From: Candidatus Aenigmatarchaeota archaeon
Lineage (GTDB): Archaea > Aenigmatarchaeota > Aenigmatarchaeia > JACPZZ01
Assembly: GCA_016195275.1 (NCBI GenBank)
Contig: JACPZZ010000017.1
Span: 21,581-85,580 of the forward strand
Direction of reading: 5' to 3'
Length of the DNA: 64,000 nucleotides
The notes under the pieces are model-generated. The model worked only from the letters and a program-made list of their open reading frames with translations, had not been told where the DNA came from and made no database searches. Both the position numbers and the translations under genes were made by a program. Below, in pieces: positions 27,740 to 37,183 of this stretch (positions are counted from its first letter, which is position 1; every line of letters starts with the position of its first letter).

Positions 27740-29899
27740 TCACAGAAGGCTCACATTGAAGGGTGGCGGCGAGAGGTAGAAATCGAGAAGCGTGCTGAAC
27801 CGCACGTGGCGCAAGTCCTCGCCGCTGAGACGCTTGCTGGCAAGCTCCTTGATGGACTGCAAGTGCTTTTCGCCCTCGGCCAGGACGAACACGACATCGC
27901 AGAACTTCAAGTCAGCCTGGATGTTGCGCAGCTCGTCCTCTGGCCGGGTCGTCTCGGAAATCTCGGTGCCGATCACTTGGTTCTCAATCCGAGCCAGCAC
28001 GTCAACAGCCTTCCCTGTCGTCTGGTCCTCGATAGTGACGTTGGCGTTCGGCAGCGACGCGGTGATGCGTTCCGCGATCTTGTGCTGCCAGAACTGATGG
28101 ATGAAGGAACCGCGGCCTGATGGCCGTTTAGCCTTGCGCTTGTACTGCTCAAGCAGCGCCCATCCCTTGTCTGTGACTTCGATCAGCTTGGTCGGGCTGC
28201 CACGCCTCACCAAACGGACCTGGTACTCTCGGATCAGGCCCAACTTACCCAGCTTGTCGCGCCGGCCATTGCCTGCCCCATGAGAAACACCTAGTCTCGT
28301 GTCTCTATCTGTGGCCGCTTCGAATGGGGTTGCTGCTATGTCTTGAAGATAGTCGAGCAAGGTGGAATCCATCGACCGGTCTACGTATTGGCTCTCCTGT
28401 TCGCCTTTCTCGTCGCGCGCAGGCTCTCCGTTGACCGCAGCATCGCCTTCCTTATGGTGTGCTTCGTTGCGTGCAGCAGGCGTGGTTCCGTTTCGGGCTG
28501 ACGCTGGTGTCCACTTCAAGGCCGCGAGTATGGCTTTCATCATTTCGGCGATCTGCTCCTCTGTGACAGGAATGTTGAAGCTAATTTCCGGCATCCTGAC
28601 CAGGAAAGGCTTCGCGACCTCCGGGTGGCGCATCATCGCAAATCTCATAGGTAGTTCTTGAAACAGCCGCGCCTGCTCCAACGTCAGCGAGTGGTCGCTG
28701 GCGATCCGCTTGATTGACTCCCCATCTGTTGTGCCGTAATACAAATGGGTCGCCGAGTTGCCGCTAATTACCGAAGGAAGGTCCTTCGCCTCCTGGGTCG
28801 TTGTGACAACCCCCAGTTTGCGTTTCCGGCCCGTACGAACCGTGTCAAAAAGCAGCGGCTCCCCAAGGATCGTCTCAGCATGTCCCGCTGATTTCACGAA
28901 GCGATGCCCTTCCTCCAGGAAGAGGACGTTGCGAAGGTCCGCGTCGCCGAGCTTGGCCTTGTAGTCATCGAACGCAGTGAGCAGCTCAATCGGAAAGAAC
29001 ACTCTGGTGTCCGAAGCCATGCCTTGAAGGTTGAACACCCATGAGCGGTGCGCAAGCTCTCCGAACGAAAAACCCTCAAGCGCGTCGTAAGTTCCGGCCA
29101 GGTGAAGCACTAACCCCGTGAAGCGGTTGATAAGTCCTTCGAGATATTGCGCACGTCGCATGTCAACGGCCCGGTTCATCTTCGCCCGGCGACGCACCAG
29201 TTCCTCGTGGAACTCCCTCACTGTGAATACGCCCTGCCGCTGGTACATCTCGAACCCGATCTCAGTCCCCAGGTTGACGCCACCGTCCCCTACCCAGACC
29301 TCCCTGTCGATGTCCCGCATCCGCGCATCCACATCCGCAAACGATTCGCCAGGCAAAGGCTCGAACAGGTTGCGCTTGAACTGGCCCTCTTTGATCGTGC
29401 AGCGCACAATTCGGCCAGGTGGGGCGTAGGCCGGCAGGTCCCAGACCTCGTTCTCCGAGTCAAGGAAAATGAAATGGTCGCCAAGCTGCTCAAGCTGTAG
29501 CGCCAACGACCTATTCGTAACGGACTTCCCAGTGCCGGGCGCACCCACGTTCACAACGTGGCGGTCGAAATGCTCTCGCTTAAGAAAGACCGGAAAGCCA
29601 AGGGACCAGTCCGGGTTGACGACATAGCCGACCAGAATGTCCCCGACCACGGCTTCGGGCGGCGGCACATCAAAGGGATGAGGCGGTCGATCCGAATTAA
29701 ACGGGCGCATCATATTGACCACCTGAATGACTGGTCTCCAGTTGCCCGTTCTGAGCGCAAGGTTGAAGAACGAGAGGACGCGCGGGTCATGGTCCAGGCC
29801 AGCAACGTGGATGAGCTCCATGACTTGCTGCACGTCGTTGTGTTGGGGTGCATGACCGACGCTCCTCAAAGTAGCCATCAGTCGCAACGTCCTTTGCAA
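27740..29899 (-). CDS. HerA/VirB4/FtsK-superfamily ATPase with C-terminal wHTH and PD-(D/E)xK-like domain
   Basis: HVVNVGAPGTGKS, FIFLDSENE, LFLEEGH, GRKRKLGVVTTTQ; C-terminal HQFWQ...VDVLA...GTEIS. Confidence 0.82.
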   Translation of the reverse strand: MQRTLRLMATLRSVGHAPQHNDVQQVMELIHVAGLDHDPRVLSFFNLALRTGNWRPVIQVVNMMRPFNSDRPPHPFDVPPPEAVVGDILVGYVVNPDWSLGFPVFLKREHFDRHVVNVGAPGTGKSVTNRSLALQLEQLGDHFIFLDSENEVWDLPAYAPPGRIVRCTIKEGQFKRNLFEPLPGESFADVDARMRDIDREVWVGDGGVNLGTEIGFEMYQRQGVFTVREFHEELVRRRAKMNRAVDMRRAQYLEGLINRFTGLVLHLAGTYDALEGFSFGELAHRSWVFNLQGMASDTRVFFPIELLTAFDDYKAKLGDADLRNVLFLEEGHRFVKSAGHAETILGEPLLFDTVRTGRKRKLGVVTTTQEAKDLPSVISGNSATHLYYGTTDGESIKRIASDHSLTLEQARLFQELPMRFAMMRHPEVAKPFLVRMPEISFNIPVTEEQIAEMMKAILAALKWTPASARNGTTPAARNEAHHKEGDAAVNGEPARDEKGEQESQYVDRSMDSTLLDYLQDIAATPFEAATDRDTRLGVSHGAGNGRRDKLGKLGLIREYQVRLVRRGSPTKLIEVTDKGWALLEQYKRKAKRPSGRGSFIHQFWQHKIAERITASLPNANVTIEDQTTGKAVDVLARIENQVIGTEISETTRPEDELRNIQADLKFCDVVFVLAEGEKHLQSIKELASKRLSGEDLRHVRFSTLLDFYLSPPPFNVSLL

Positions 29900-30255
29900 T
29901 TCCAGCCCGCGTTAAGGAACCCCGGGTGCCCGCATTCAGCGCAGACCGGGCGATGGCACTTCCCGCATTCCTTGCTGGTCGCGCAATCTCCGCACATGAC
30001 ATGCAGGCACCTGTAGCAGGCGCACGTCGCGATCTCGGGAGATCGAAAGACCTTTTGGCACCCTTTGCAAAGCCCGGCGCGTATGGTTGTGGTGAAGCCG
30101 TTCTTCGCTGTGGGAGCCTCGACCTCGAAGACTCGCTGGCCCAATTTCACGTGGTCGAGCAGGATCCAGGCCGAATTGCCACCAGCAGACTGCGGGTCTG
30201 CTGGAAAGTTGGGCCGCATCCCCGTACCCCCCTGGCCGGACTCAGTAGCACTCAT
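29878..30255 (-). CDS. Cys-rich zinc-finger protein (paralog 3)
   Basis: CKGC, CYRC, CGDC, CGKC, CAEC, CKGRC. Confidence 0.75.
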   Translation of the reverse strand: MSATESGQGGTGMRPNFPADPQSAGGNSAWILLDHVKLGQRVFEVEAPTAKNGFTTTIRAGLCKGCQKVFRSPEIATCACYRCLHVMCGDCATSKECGKCHRPVCAECGHPGFLNAGWNCKGRCD

Positions 30256-30607
30256 TGCAGTGCCACTCCTCTGTCAGGCCATCTTCACCACCACAATCCG
30301 GGCACACCGGCCGTCGGCATATCGCGCATCTCTTCTGCTCTTTGCACTCCGAACACATCACATAATGGCAGCGGCAGCATGAAGTCCTGGCCGCGTTCGC
30401 GGACTGGAAGATGTCTTCGCAGCCCTTGCAAATCCCGGCCTTGATAGTCCTCGTGAAGCCGTTCCTGGCAGAAGGCTCCTCGACCTCGAAGACCTTCTGA
30501 CCGACCTTCACGTAGTCCATCGTGAGGTAGACTGTGTTGTCTGCCACGTTGGGACTGACCATGCCTGGTTGCCCGGACCCAGTGCCCATCCTCGTGTCGA
30601 GTTCCAT
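30242..30607 (-). CDS. Cys-rich zinc-finger protein (paralog 2)
   Basis: CKGC, CCRC, CSEC, CAIC, CPDC, CNEC; clear paralog of 29878-30255. Confidence 0.75.
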   Translation of the reverse strand: MELDTRMGTGSGQPGMVSPNVADNTVYLTMDYVKVGQKVFEVEEPSARNGFTRTIKAGICKGCEDIFQSANAARTSCCRCHYVMCSECKEQKRCAICRRPVCPDCGGEDGLTEEWHCNECY

Positions 30608-31017
30608 GCTGAACCTCCTATCTGGCTCTTACCTTGGCAAATTGGGCAAACTGCTGACCCTCCGCTCATTTGGGCGCAGCGTGAGCAGGCCTGGCGGCCG
30701 CACACGCATCTGAAACGGGGTGCGCAGTACGTGCAGAGAATGAAGCCGTCGAACATGCACATCGACCCGGCTTCAGCCTCGGACTTTATGAGATCGCCCG
30801 TCCCGGCGCACGTCGCCACCTGAATCTGGGTCTCGTTGATGAGCACTCCGTCTTCGCGGAGGTCAACGACCTGCACCTCCGCGTACGGTGATCTGCCGAT
30901 ACCTGCCGGCCCAATCGGCACCATTCGTCGCACAGTTACGGTTCGCACTGGCTGTGTCACTTCGCTAGGTCTTCCGAAACTCACCCCTGGCACGTTGTTG
31001 GGGTTTGGCGTTACCAT
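30508..31017 (-). CDS. Cys-rich zinc-finger protein (divergent paralog 1)
   Basis: CTYC, CVCG, CSRC, CPIC; AGGAGGTGA SD. Confidence 0.7.
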   Translation of the reverse strand: MVTPNPNNVPGVSFGRPSEVTQPVRTVTVRRMVPIGPAGIGRSPYAEVQVVDLREDGVLINETQIQVATCAGTGDLIKSEAEAGSMCMFDGFILCTYCAPRFRCVCGRQACSRCAQMSGGSAVCPICQGKSQIGGSAWNSTRGWALGPGNQAWSVPTWQTTQSTSRWTT

Positions 31018-31027
31018 CGTTCACCTC

Positions 31028-31354
31028 CTAGTAATGGTCCATCTCAGGTGTTCGGCCCGGATTCAACAATCGCTGCATCGAGACGTGGTCAGGCACGAAC
31101 TCTGGGATGCTGCTAGTCAATCGCGGCGACTGAAGCACTGGCGAAAGCGGCGGACGCCTGGTGGGTGACACGCGCCGATTCAGCATACCTTCGAGCGAGT
31201 TCCTATAAAGCGCCCTCGCTTCAAAATCTCGGTTCGGATAGACCCTGTTCCTGTTCGGCCTGTTGGCGTACGAGACCTTATGAGCTTGTCTCGCCTTAGC
31301 TGCCTTCGCTCTCTGCTTCTTGTAGACCCACCACGGGACTTTTCGGTTGGACAT
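31028..31354 (-). CDS. Basic hypothetical protein
   Basis: AGGAGGTGA SD; operon position. Confidence 0.6.
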   Translation of the reverse strand: MSNRKVPWWVYKKQRAKAAKARQAHKVSYANRPNRNRVYPNRDFEARALYRNSLEGMLNRRVSPTRRPPLSPVLQSPRLTSSIPEFVPDHVSMQRLLNPGRTPEMDHY

Positions 31355-31364
31355 CCTTCACCTC

Positions 31365-31598
31365 CTAGAATCCGTCGCATGACTTGTATCCGGACCTGAC
31401 GCAGAACACGCACGCCCTAGCCTTGACCATCTGCTCGCCGCAGCCAGGACAAGCCTCGCCATCGCCAGACGCAACGCCGACATCTACACGAGGTCCGCCA
31501 CCATCGCCACCCTCGGTAGGGAGACGAACGTTGCTGTTGCGGATGCCAATACTGGAAATCCTCGTCCCTTCCTTTTGAGCCTCCATAGGCGTCTCCAA
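31365..31598 (-). CDS. Small zinc-ribbon protein
   Basis: CPGCGEQMVKARACVFCVRSGYKSC, like the C-terminal ribbon of class II ribonucleotide reductases. Confidence 0.55.
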   Translation of the reverse strand: METPMEAQKEGTRISSIGIRNSNVRLPTEGGDGGGPRVDVGVASGDGEACPGCGEQMVKARACVFCVRSGYKSCDGF

Positions 31599-31608
31599 TC
31601 CGAACCGT

Positions 31609-31980
31609 TCAGAAAGGCGGTCTTATTAATCGATGCCATCGCCGTCTCCCCTTGCGCGCTGGGCCCATCAGGTTTGTCGTACGGCCCGCTAGCTCCTTGT
31701 TTCTCCACAGCAGAATCAGGGCAATCCCGTACAAAGGTGTCATAACGCCGAGCGTCGCGCTCCCGGCAATGAAGAGAGCAGTGGCCGACCTGTCACCCGC
31801 GGCGTCCAATATTGCGGTCGCGAGAAAAAGACAGAGCGGCACACAAAACGCGCAAAACCCAAGACCCCATATCCGCCAGCTTCTTCTCAGGGCTGGCAGA
31901 CCAATAGGCAGCAGGCTCATCAGCGCAAACGGAATCGCCGTGAGCGTTACAGCGTTATTGCCTATACAATCCTGTGCCAT
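31609..31980 (-). CDS. Membrane protein (about 3 TM helices)
   Basis: Hydrophobic segments; operon position. Confidence 0.55.
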   Translation of the reverse strand: MAQDCIGNNAVTLTAIPFALMSLLPIGLPALRRSWRIWGLGFCAFCVPLCLFLATAILDAAGDRSATALFIAGSATLGVMTPLYGIALILLWRNKELAGRTTNLMGPARKGRRRWHRLIRPPF

Positions 31981-32206
31981 TCCGCTCTCTTACCGGCTGC
32001 GGTTGTTCCACGCCTAGTCTTCTCAGATACACGCGCCCGATAACCTGGTCCTCTGGCGAAAGTCCCTCTGGCAGGCCGTGGTCTGTCACGTACGCACTCC
32101 ACTTCGAGAACTCGCGCGGTCGAGTCGTCTTGAAGTCGTCGAACTCCCACTCCGCCGCAGTCTCCAGAAGCCATCTTTTTACGAAGTTCACAACCCATCG
32201 CCGCAT
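31955..32206 (-). CDS. Hypothetical protein, first gene of the minus-strand operon
   Basis: GAGG SD; 83 aa. Confidence 0.55.
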   Translation of the reverse strand: MRRWVVNFVKRWLLETAAEWEFDDFKTTRPREFSKWSAYVTDHGLPEGLSPEDQVIGRVYLRRLGVEQPQPVRERNGTGLYRQ

Positions 32207-32249
32207 ATATTTGTCCTCGGGGGTTCTTATGCATTACGGTCCCTGTTGC

Positions 32250-32278
32250 TTGACACTCTTGGTCGTGGGGGGTAGCAT
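32250..32278 (+). promoter_or_regulatory. Bacterial sigma70-type promoter TTGACA-N17-TAGCAT
   Basis: Consensus -35 at 32250-32255, 17-nt spacer, -10 at 32273-32278, upstream of the STAND NTPase. Confidence 0.6.
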
Positions 32279-32351
32279 AGATTTGGCTTCTCCGACTCGG
32301 CATTGTCGCCGAAAACTTGTCCACGCCACCACTATAATCTGAAGTGCCTGC

Positions 32352-32395
32352 TGCGGTGCCGCAGGAAAACCGCAGACCGCCGCAAAACAACCGCA
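32352..32395. repeat. Helically phased CCGCA array (four direct copies, one inverted)
   Basis: ccgca at 32359, 32370, 32380, 32391; tgcgg at 32352. Confidence 0.65.
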
Positions 32396-32408
32396 AAAGA
32401 GGTCGAGC

Positions 32409-35400
32409 ATGGCAAGCCAAGGTCGTCCTCACACCAGAGCTCCGTGGAAAGACAAGATCCTGATTTGGCAGGAATACTATAGGAACCGAGTCATTAAACG
32501 AGTGGCTGAGGACCTCAGCTTCCAAAAGGCGGATGGCGAATGGTATGGCTATAGCGAGGACACCGTAGCAAGAATAATCAAGGAGTTGGACTACATCTCC
32601 GAAGAAGATGCGGCGAGTCTGTCATCAGAGATTCAAGAACTCAGACGTAGCCGTACACAGGCACCAAACCAACAGGCGTCGCCACAACAAATCGGTCAAC
32701 AATCAGACTACAAAGTTGATTTGCAAGCACTCCGGCAGTCTTGTTCGGATGGGCTCAGGGCTCACCTTGATCGGCATTCGGTAGAGTTTAATAGCAAAAG
32801 CTACGTACCACGCGCCGCCATTGAAGGGGAATTCCGCGAGTTCTTAGATTCGACAAAGCTTTGTTTTCCCATCATTGGCGAAGCAGGCATGGGCAAGACA
32901 ACTTTGCTTTGCCATTTAGCAGACGAGTACTCGCATAGAACCGAACAGCACCCAGACCATTTAGTTTGGGTGTTGTCCGCGAGACCGCTGGCCAATATTC
33001 GCGATCACCCGTTGCGTACGGCGGTAGGCGAGGAAGCGACGGACGTGGGAGCTGCGATCAAGAGCCACCTCTCACGGCACCTCAGCATGGTCGATGTCAC
33101 TAAGAGATCAGAGGTTGACTTCACGGAGGTCGTGGAAGCTCTCTATCGTGAGTTAAGAGACACCGGCGACAAGAAGTTCATCGTGTTAATCGACGCGCTG
33201 AACGAACACCCCCAGGCTGACAAGCTAATTGCATCGCTGGACTCAGCGGTGGCAAGCCTCGCGGACCTCTCCGATGAACTCGATGGCCTCTCAAGGCGCT
33301 TCAAGATCTGTGTGACGTGCCGACCATATTCGTGGCACCGGGCTATCAGCGAAGAACTCCATAGCAGGATCAGGTATTCCCATTATCATGCCCTGCAAGA
33401 GCAGAACTTATTGCCCCAAGTGACTCTTGGAGAATACTCAGAGCAGGAGCTTCAAACGATTTACGAAGGGACAAAGGTTATCACAGACGATGGGAGACGA
33501 TCGGAGTTGCGCCCGGAGTTCACAGCCTTGAAAAGGGACGCCCCCAAGTGGATCAATCGACTATCCGACCCCTACCTGTTCGCCTGCGCGATAGAGGTGG
33601 CAAGGAAGAATGACGGTTATATCCCTCTAGGCTTAACCAAGGCTCAAATGCTGAGAGCCTATATCGACCGGCTGACCAACAATGACAAAGTAGCGCAGAG
33701 ACTCCTCGCGGAAATAACAGAGCGCATGCGGGTGACCATGAGTCCCCAACTGACTCGGCGCGAATTGGAGAGTTGCGCGCAAAGGCTCACCTTGGACCTC
33801 GATGCTCCTGACTCCCCCTATAACCGTCTGATAGATGCAGGAATTCTCCAAGAGTTGAACGATGCGACGAACGACCCGACCCAACTAGCGGTGGGTATCC
33901 GCAACGACCGCATCCTGGAGTACCTCTTGTATGAGCGTCTCAAGCTGCTTCAGCAAGATGTTACGCACATCCGCGATACGCTGATACAAGCGGAATTGTA
34001 CCCTCAGTTGTGGGCTGCCTTGCATACCCTATTCGTTGAAGACTGGGATCAAGCCACCGTTAGTCAACTGGCCGCCATCCGCAACGAGGACCAAACGGCC
34101 CCCGTCGTTGTTCGGGCCTTTATTCCAGGCGTATGTCGCGAAGTGTACAAAGACCGGCCGAAGGAGGTGAATGACCTCGTCCAGACTCTCTTGAAGTCGA
34201 GCGACAATGTGGCATTGATGATGGCAGTGGCGGTTGCCTATACTGTCAAGGACACGGACGGTCTGCTTCAAGCGTTGCAAAACAAGAGCTTAGTTGCACA
34301 GAGACTGGCCATCCAATACTCGTATCTTTTTTGGCGGGCTCACCGTAAGAATGGCTACGCCCTGTTAAACAGATTAAGTGACCGAATATCCGTGGCACCT
34401 GATAGGAAAACAATCCAAGCGTTCGTTGACCTTAGCGTGGCGATCGGAACCAAGCATTTTCGACAACCAGAAATCCGAGAGGAAATTATTGCACTGGCAC
34501 AACGCACGGCTCACGGGTTGATGCACCCCGATCTGAGGAAATCCGGGTTGAATCCCGCCCAGAGGATGAAGAGGCGAGCCGCTAGCTTAATCCTTCGAGC
34601 ATCAACGTCGTTTGCCGGTGGTCCTCTCGTCAATGCAGCGGCTGTTTACTTGGAGAAAACGCTCCGTGTCGCCGAGGACAACAACACCATAGGTAACTAT
34701 TCGGACGTAGCCGCCTTCTTCAAACACGTGCCGCCCCGCGATAGACACCCATATAAAGTGCTGTTGAATTTTTGGGGGCCAGAAGAAGCCAATCTCGTTA
34801 AATTGCGAAACATCATTTGTGATTTGGCGCACAGGCAAGATGGTGTGTTCTACTCCCTCGCAGCCGGGGCTTTGGTCATCCAAGCCTACTATCGACCCGA
34901 AGCTGCACTCAAGATGTTCAATGAGGTTTACGATAGTGCCGAGCAGAATGCGCTTCAAAAACGGCTGGTGCTACGGGCGTCCGATGTCTTGTCTCCACTG
35001 GCCAGCGGAAAGCATCTGAACTCCCAACTCCGGTCCCACAGCGACCTAGTCCGGAGGTTCATCGATGAAACAGCAGGCCGGTGCACCGTGGCAGGCCACA
35101 ATCGGACCATGTGCGGAGTACCGCTTTATCACACTTCGTTAGTAGAAGTTTCTTCACGCGGTAGCTTGACTATCCTGCCCGACGCTATTACTAAAGCTCT
35201 GGTACGGAATGACCCCGAGCTGCTCGTGTCATTAGCTGAAGTTATTAACCAAATGGTCTGGTATATTGAGCCAGAACGCGTCCTCTCACTCAGGGAGTCA
35301 CTGCTTTGGCTACTCGCTTACGGGGACAATCCCCAAGGGAACGTGTACCAAGCTGCGCTGCGCACCGTTGCCACCTTAGCTCTGATATATCCGGATGCAG

Positions 35401-35675
35401 GTGAAGACGTCATTGCAGCAATCGCCAACAAAGAGGAACGGCAACGAGTCAGGAGCGGACTCAAACGCATTGCGGCGGACGAATTGGTCACCCCCGTGAG
35501 CGTTTACTTGGGCGGGATGCACGATGCGGGCATATATACGCTGCTTTCGTCTGACGGTGACGCAGTACGACGATTAGTCGTCGAGATATTGAACGCCGGA
35601 TTGAACGAGAAAACCGTACATGGTCTCATGCGGCTAGTTGCGCGTAGGAGCCTTAAACTATTGCAAGCTACGTAG
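32409..35675 (+). CDS. STAND (NACHT-like) NTPase with short N-terminal helical domain and C-terminal helical repeats
   Basis: YVPR, GEAGMGKTT, IVLIDALNE, VTCR, LSDPYL, NDRILEYL. Confidence 0.82.
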   Translation: MASQGRPHTRAPWKDKILIWQEYYRNRVIKRVAEDLSFQKADGEWYGYSEDTVARIIKELDYISEEDAASLSSEIQELRRSRTQAPNQQASPQQIGQQSDYKVDLQALRQSCSDGLRAHLDRHSVEFNSKSYVPRAAIEGEFREFLDSTKLCFPIIGEAGMGKTTLLCHLADEYSHRTEQHPDHLVWVLSARPLANIRDHPLRTAVGEEATDVGAAIKSHLSRHLSMVDVTKRSEVDFTEVVEALYRELRDTGDKKFIVLIDALNEHPQADKLIASLDSAVASLADLSDELDGLSRRFKICVTCRPYSWHRAISEELHSRIRYSHYHALQEQNLLPQVTLGEYSEQELQTIYEGTKVITDDGRRSELRPEFTALKRDAPKWINRLSDPYLFACAIEVARKNDGYIPLGLTKAQMLRAYIDRLTNNDKVAQRLLAEITERMRVTMSPQLTRRELESCAQRLTLDLDAPDSPYNRLIDAGILQELNDATNDPTQLAVGIRNDRILEYLLYERLKLLQQDVTHIRDTLIQAELYPQLWAALHTLFVEDWDQATVSQLAAIRNEDQTAPVVVRAFIPGVCREVYKDRPKEVNDLVQTLLKSSDNVALMMAVAVAYTVKDTDGLLQALQNKSLVAQRLAIQYSYLFWRAHRKNGYALLNRLSDRISVAPDRKTIQAFVDLSVAIGTKHFRQPEIREEIIALAQRTAHGLMHPDLRKSGLNPAQRMKRRAASLILRASTSFAGGPLVNAAAVYLEKTLRVAEDNNTIGNYSDVAAFFKHVPPRDRHPYKVLLNFWGPEEANLVKLRNIICDLAHRQDGVFYSLAAGALVIQAYYRPEAALKMFNEVYDSAEQNALQKRLVLRASDVLSPLASGKHLNSQLRSHSDLVRRFIDETAGRCTVAGHNRTMCGVPLYHTSLVEVSSRGSLTILPDAITKALVRNDPELLVSLAEVINQMVWYIEPERVLSLRESLLWLLAYGDNPQGNVYQAALRTVATLALIYPDAGEDVIAAIANKEERQRVRSGLKRIAADELVTPVSVYLGGMHDAGIYTLLSSDGDAVRRLVVEILNAGLNEKTVHGLMRLVARRSLKLLQAT

Positions 35676-35723
35676 GTCCATAGAAGCTGCTTCTATCCAA
35701 AGGAGGAATAGGCGTATAAACAA

Positions 35724-36083
35724 CTATGAAATCTCCTGCACGTTTATTCGAAATCTCCTCTCACCAGTTTCTCTACCCTGCCGGTCAATTGCTTCAAGGC
35801 GACCTAGTAAATACTCCGCCCTTTCAAAGTTTACCGGATAGACTGGCCTTCGATATCCTCTAGCATCATTCGGGTAATAGTCTCGCATCCTCATTTTTAC
35901 CACTGGTTCCCCGATCACGCCTAACTGTCTCAGGTACTTGATTCCCTCTTCGGTAACAGGCTCCCTCCGCATGTAATAAAGGTCTCTGGTTGGCCGCGAA
36001 GATAATCTTCGTGATTCGTTCACTACGTGACGTAATGCCTTGTTGATAGTCGTCAAATACATCTGCTTGAGTTCCCGCTTCAT
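35724..36083 (-). CDS. Hypothetical protein
   Basis: 119-aa ORF with AT-rich upstream region. Confidence 0.45.
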   Translation of the reverse strand: MKRELKQMYLTTINKALRHVVNESRRLSSRPTRDLYYMRREPVTEEGIKYLRQLGVIGEPVVKMRMRDYYPNDARGYRRPVYPVNFERAEYLLGRLEAIDRQGRETGERRFRINVQEIS

Positions 36084-36340
36084 AATTTACTTCATTATGG
36101 GTGCCACCTTAAATAGATTGACTGGTTTGTTGGTGCCAATGTTTTCTACCTTATAACCTCTCAGTCGATAGCTTTCTGCCATGACTCACTTCAGCTTGTA
36201 TTATCCTCATGCATTTTCGCCTCCTTCGCCTTTTCGTAGGCTTCATGGATTTCACGTATCGTGTCCTCAAAAACTGAATCAAACCCCATGCGCAAGCTGC
36301 TCTCTGCGCTGTAACGACCTGTCGGAATTTTTTTGAGTAG

Positions 36341-36577
36341 CTAACATCGGCCTGAACAATTCTCAGAAGTGTGCACCCTGGCCCGGCCACAACACACAAA
36401 CTGCAAAATGCCGCAGTGCTCAACGAGCGTTGCGTTGTGTGCGGAGCTGAACACCAATCGCAGGCCCGCCGTCTCCTTGCAGAAACCGCACATCGGATGA
36501 CCGTCCTGAGTCCACTTGCACCTCGGCAGGACCTGGACCATCGCCTGCCCGTTGATTGTGACAACGCCGTCTCTCAT
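36341..36577 (-). CDS. Small Cys-containing protein (copy 1)
   Basis: MRDGVVTINGQAMVQVLPRC...CGFC; conserved in a second copy at 50702-50920. Confidence 0.6.
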   Translation of the reverse strand: MRDGVVTINGQAMVQVLPRCKWTQDGHPMCGFCKETAGLRLVFSSAHNATLVEHCGILQFVCCGRARVHTSENCSGRC

Positions 36578-36939
36578 ACGGTGCGACCCCCGCACGTCAC
36601 GCACGTCATCGGAATCGCTTCCCCCGTACCTTTGATCTTCGGACACCTGCAATGTTCGCAGTCGCACAGTTCGTCGGCCGGGCGACGTCTCCCCGACCAA
36701 ACGAGCGCCCGCTTTGGTATCTCCCAAATCCGACCGCCGAGAGACGTTAGCTCAGACTCGCGGAAGTATCCCAACTCTTCATCGAAGCCTTGGTCCAACC
36801 CGAAGTACAAGACATCTGCGTCTGTCTTTTCTGTGACCTCAGTCGCGAACCAAAACCAGCCAATGTAGCTTTCGAAGCCCTTGATAACCTCCTTGCCGTC
36901 GATGTACAACTTCCCGTCCCTTTCCTCAAACTTTGCCAT
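36574..36939 (-). CDS. DUF2958-like protein with C-terminal zinc ribbon (copy 1)
   Basis: GWFWFATE...YFGL.QGF.EELGYF..SEL; CDCEHC..CVTC. Confidence 0.7.
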   Translation of the reverse strand: MAKFEERDGKLYIDGKEVIKGFESYIGWFWFATEVTEKTDADVLYFGLDQGFDEELGYFRESELTSLGGRIWEIPKRALVWSGRRRPADELCDCEHCRCPKIKGTGEAIPMTCVTCGGRTV

Positions 36940-37142
36940 GTTGATCCCCCCCCCCTTGGCGATGCTCTTTGGCACCACCCTACTTGCTGGCTTACCAGTT
37001 CCCCCATGCTGAGGGGGATAGGGGGTGCAGGGATCGCACCGTATCCACACTGCGACCCGCACACCCACGACAAAGCGGGGCAAGCCAGAATAACCCTAGC
37101 GGGAGGACCGAGCGCGGGTTATCTGGATTGAGCACTACACTG

Positions 37143-37183
37143 GAGGGAAAGCCGAGCACGGAAAACCGAAGGTTGTCGGTGCC
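37143..37183. repeat. Dispersed hairpin repeat, copy B
   Basis: gagggaaagccgagcacggaaaaccgaaggttgtcggtgcc. Confidence 0.85.

Noticed and set aside
36946-36955. G10 tract (minus strand) in the ribosome-binding region of the DUF2958-like gene as a phase-variation switch
   Set aside because: Single homopolymer, absent from the second copy, and could be sequencing slippage
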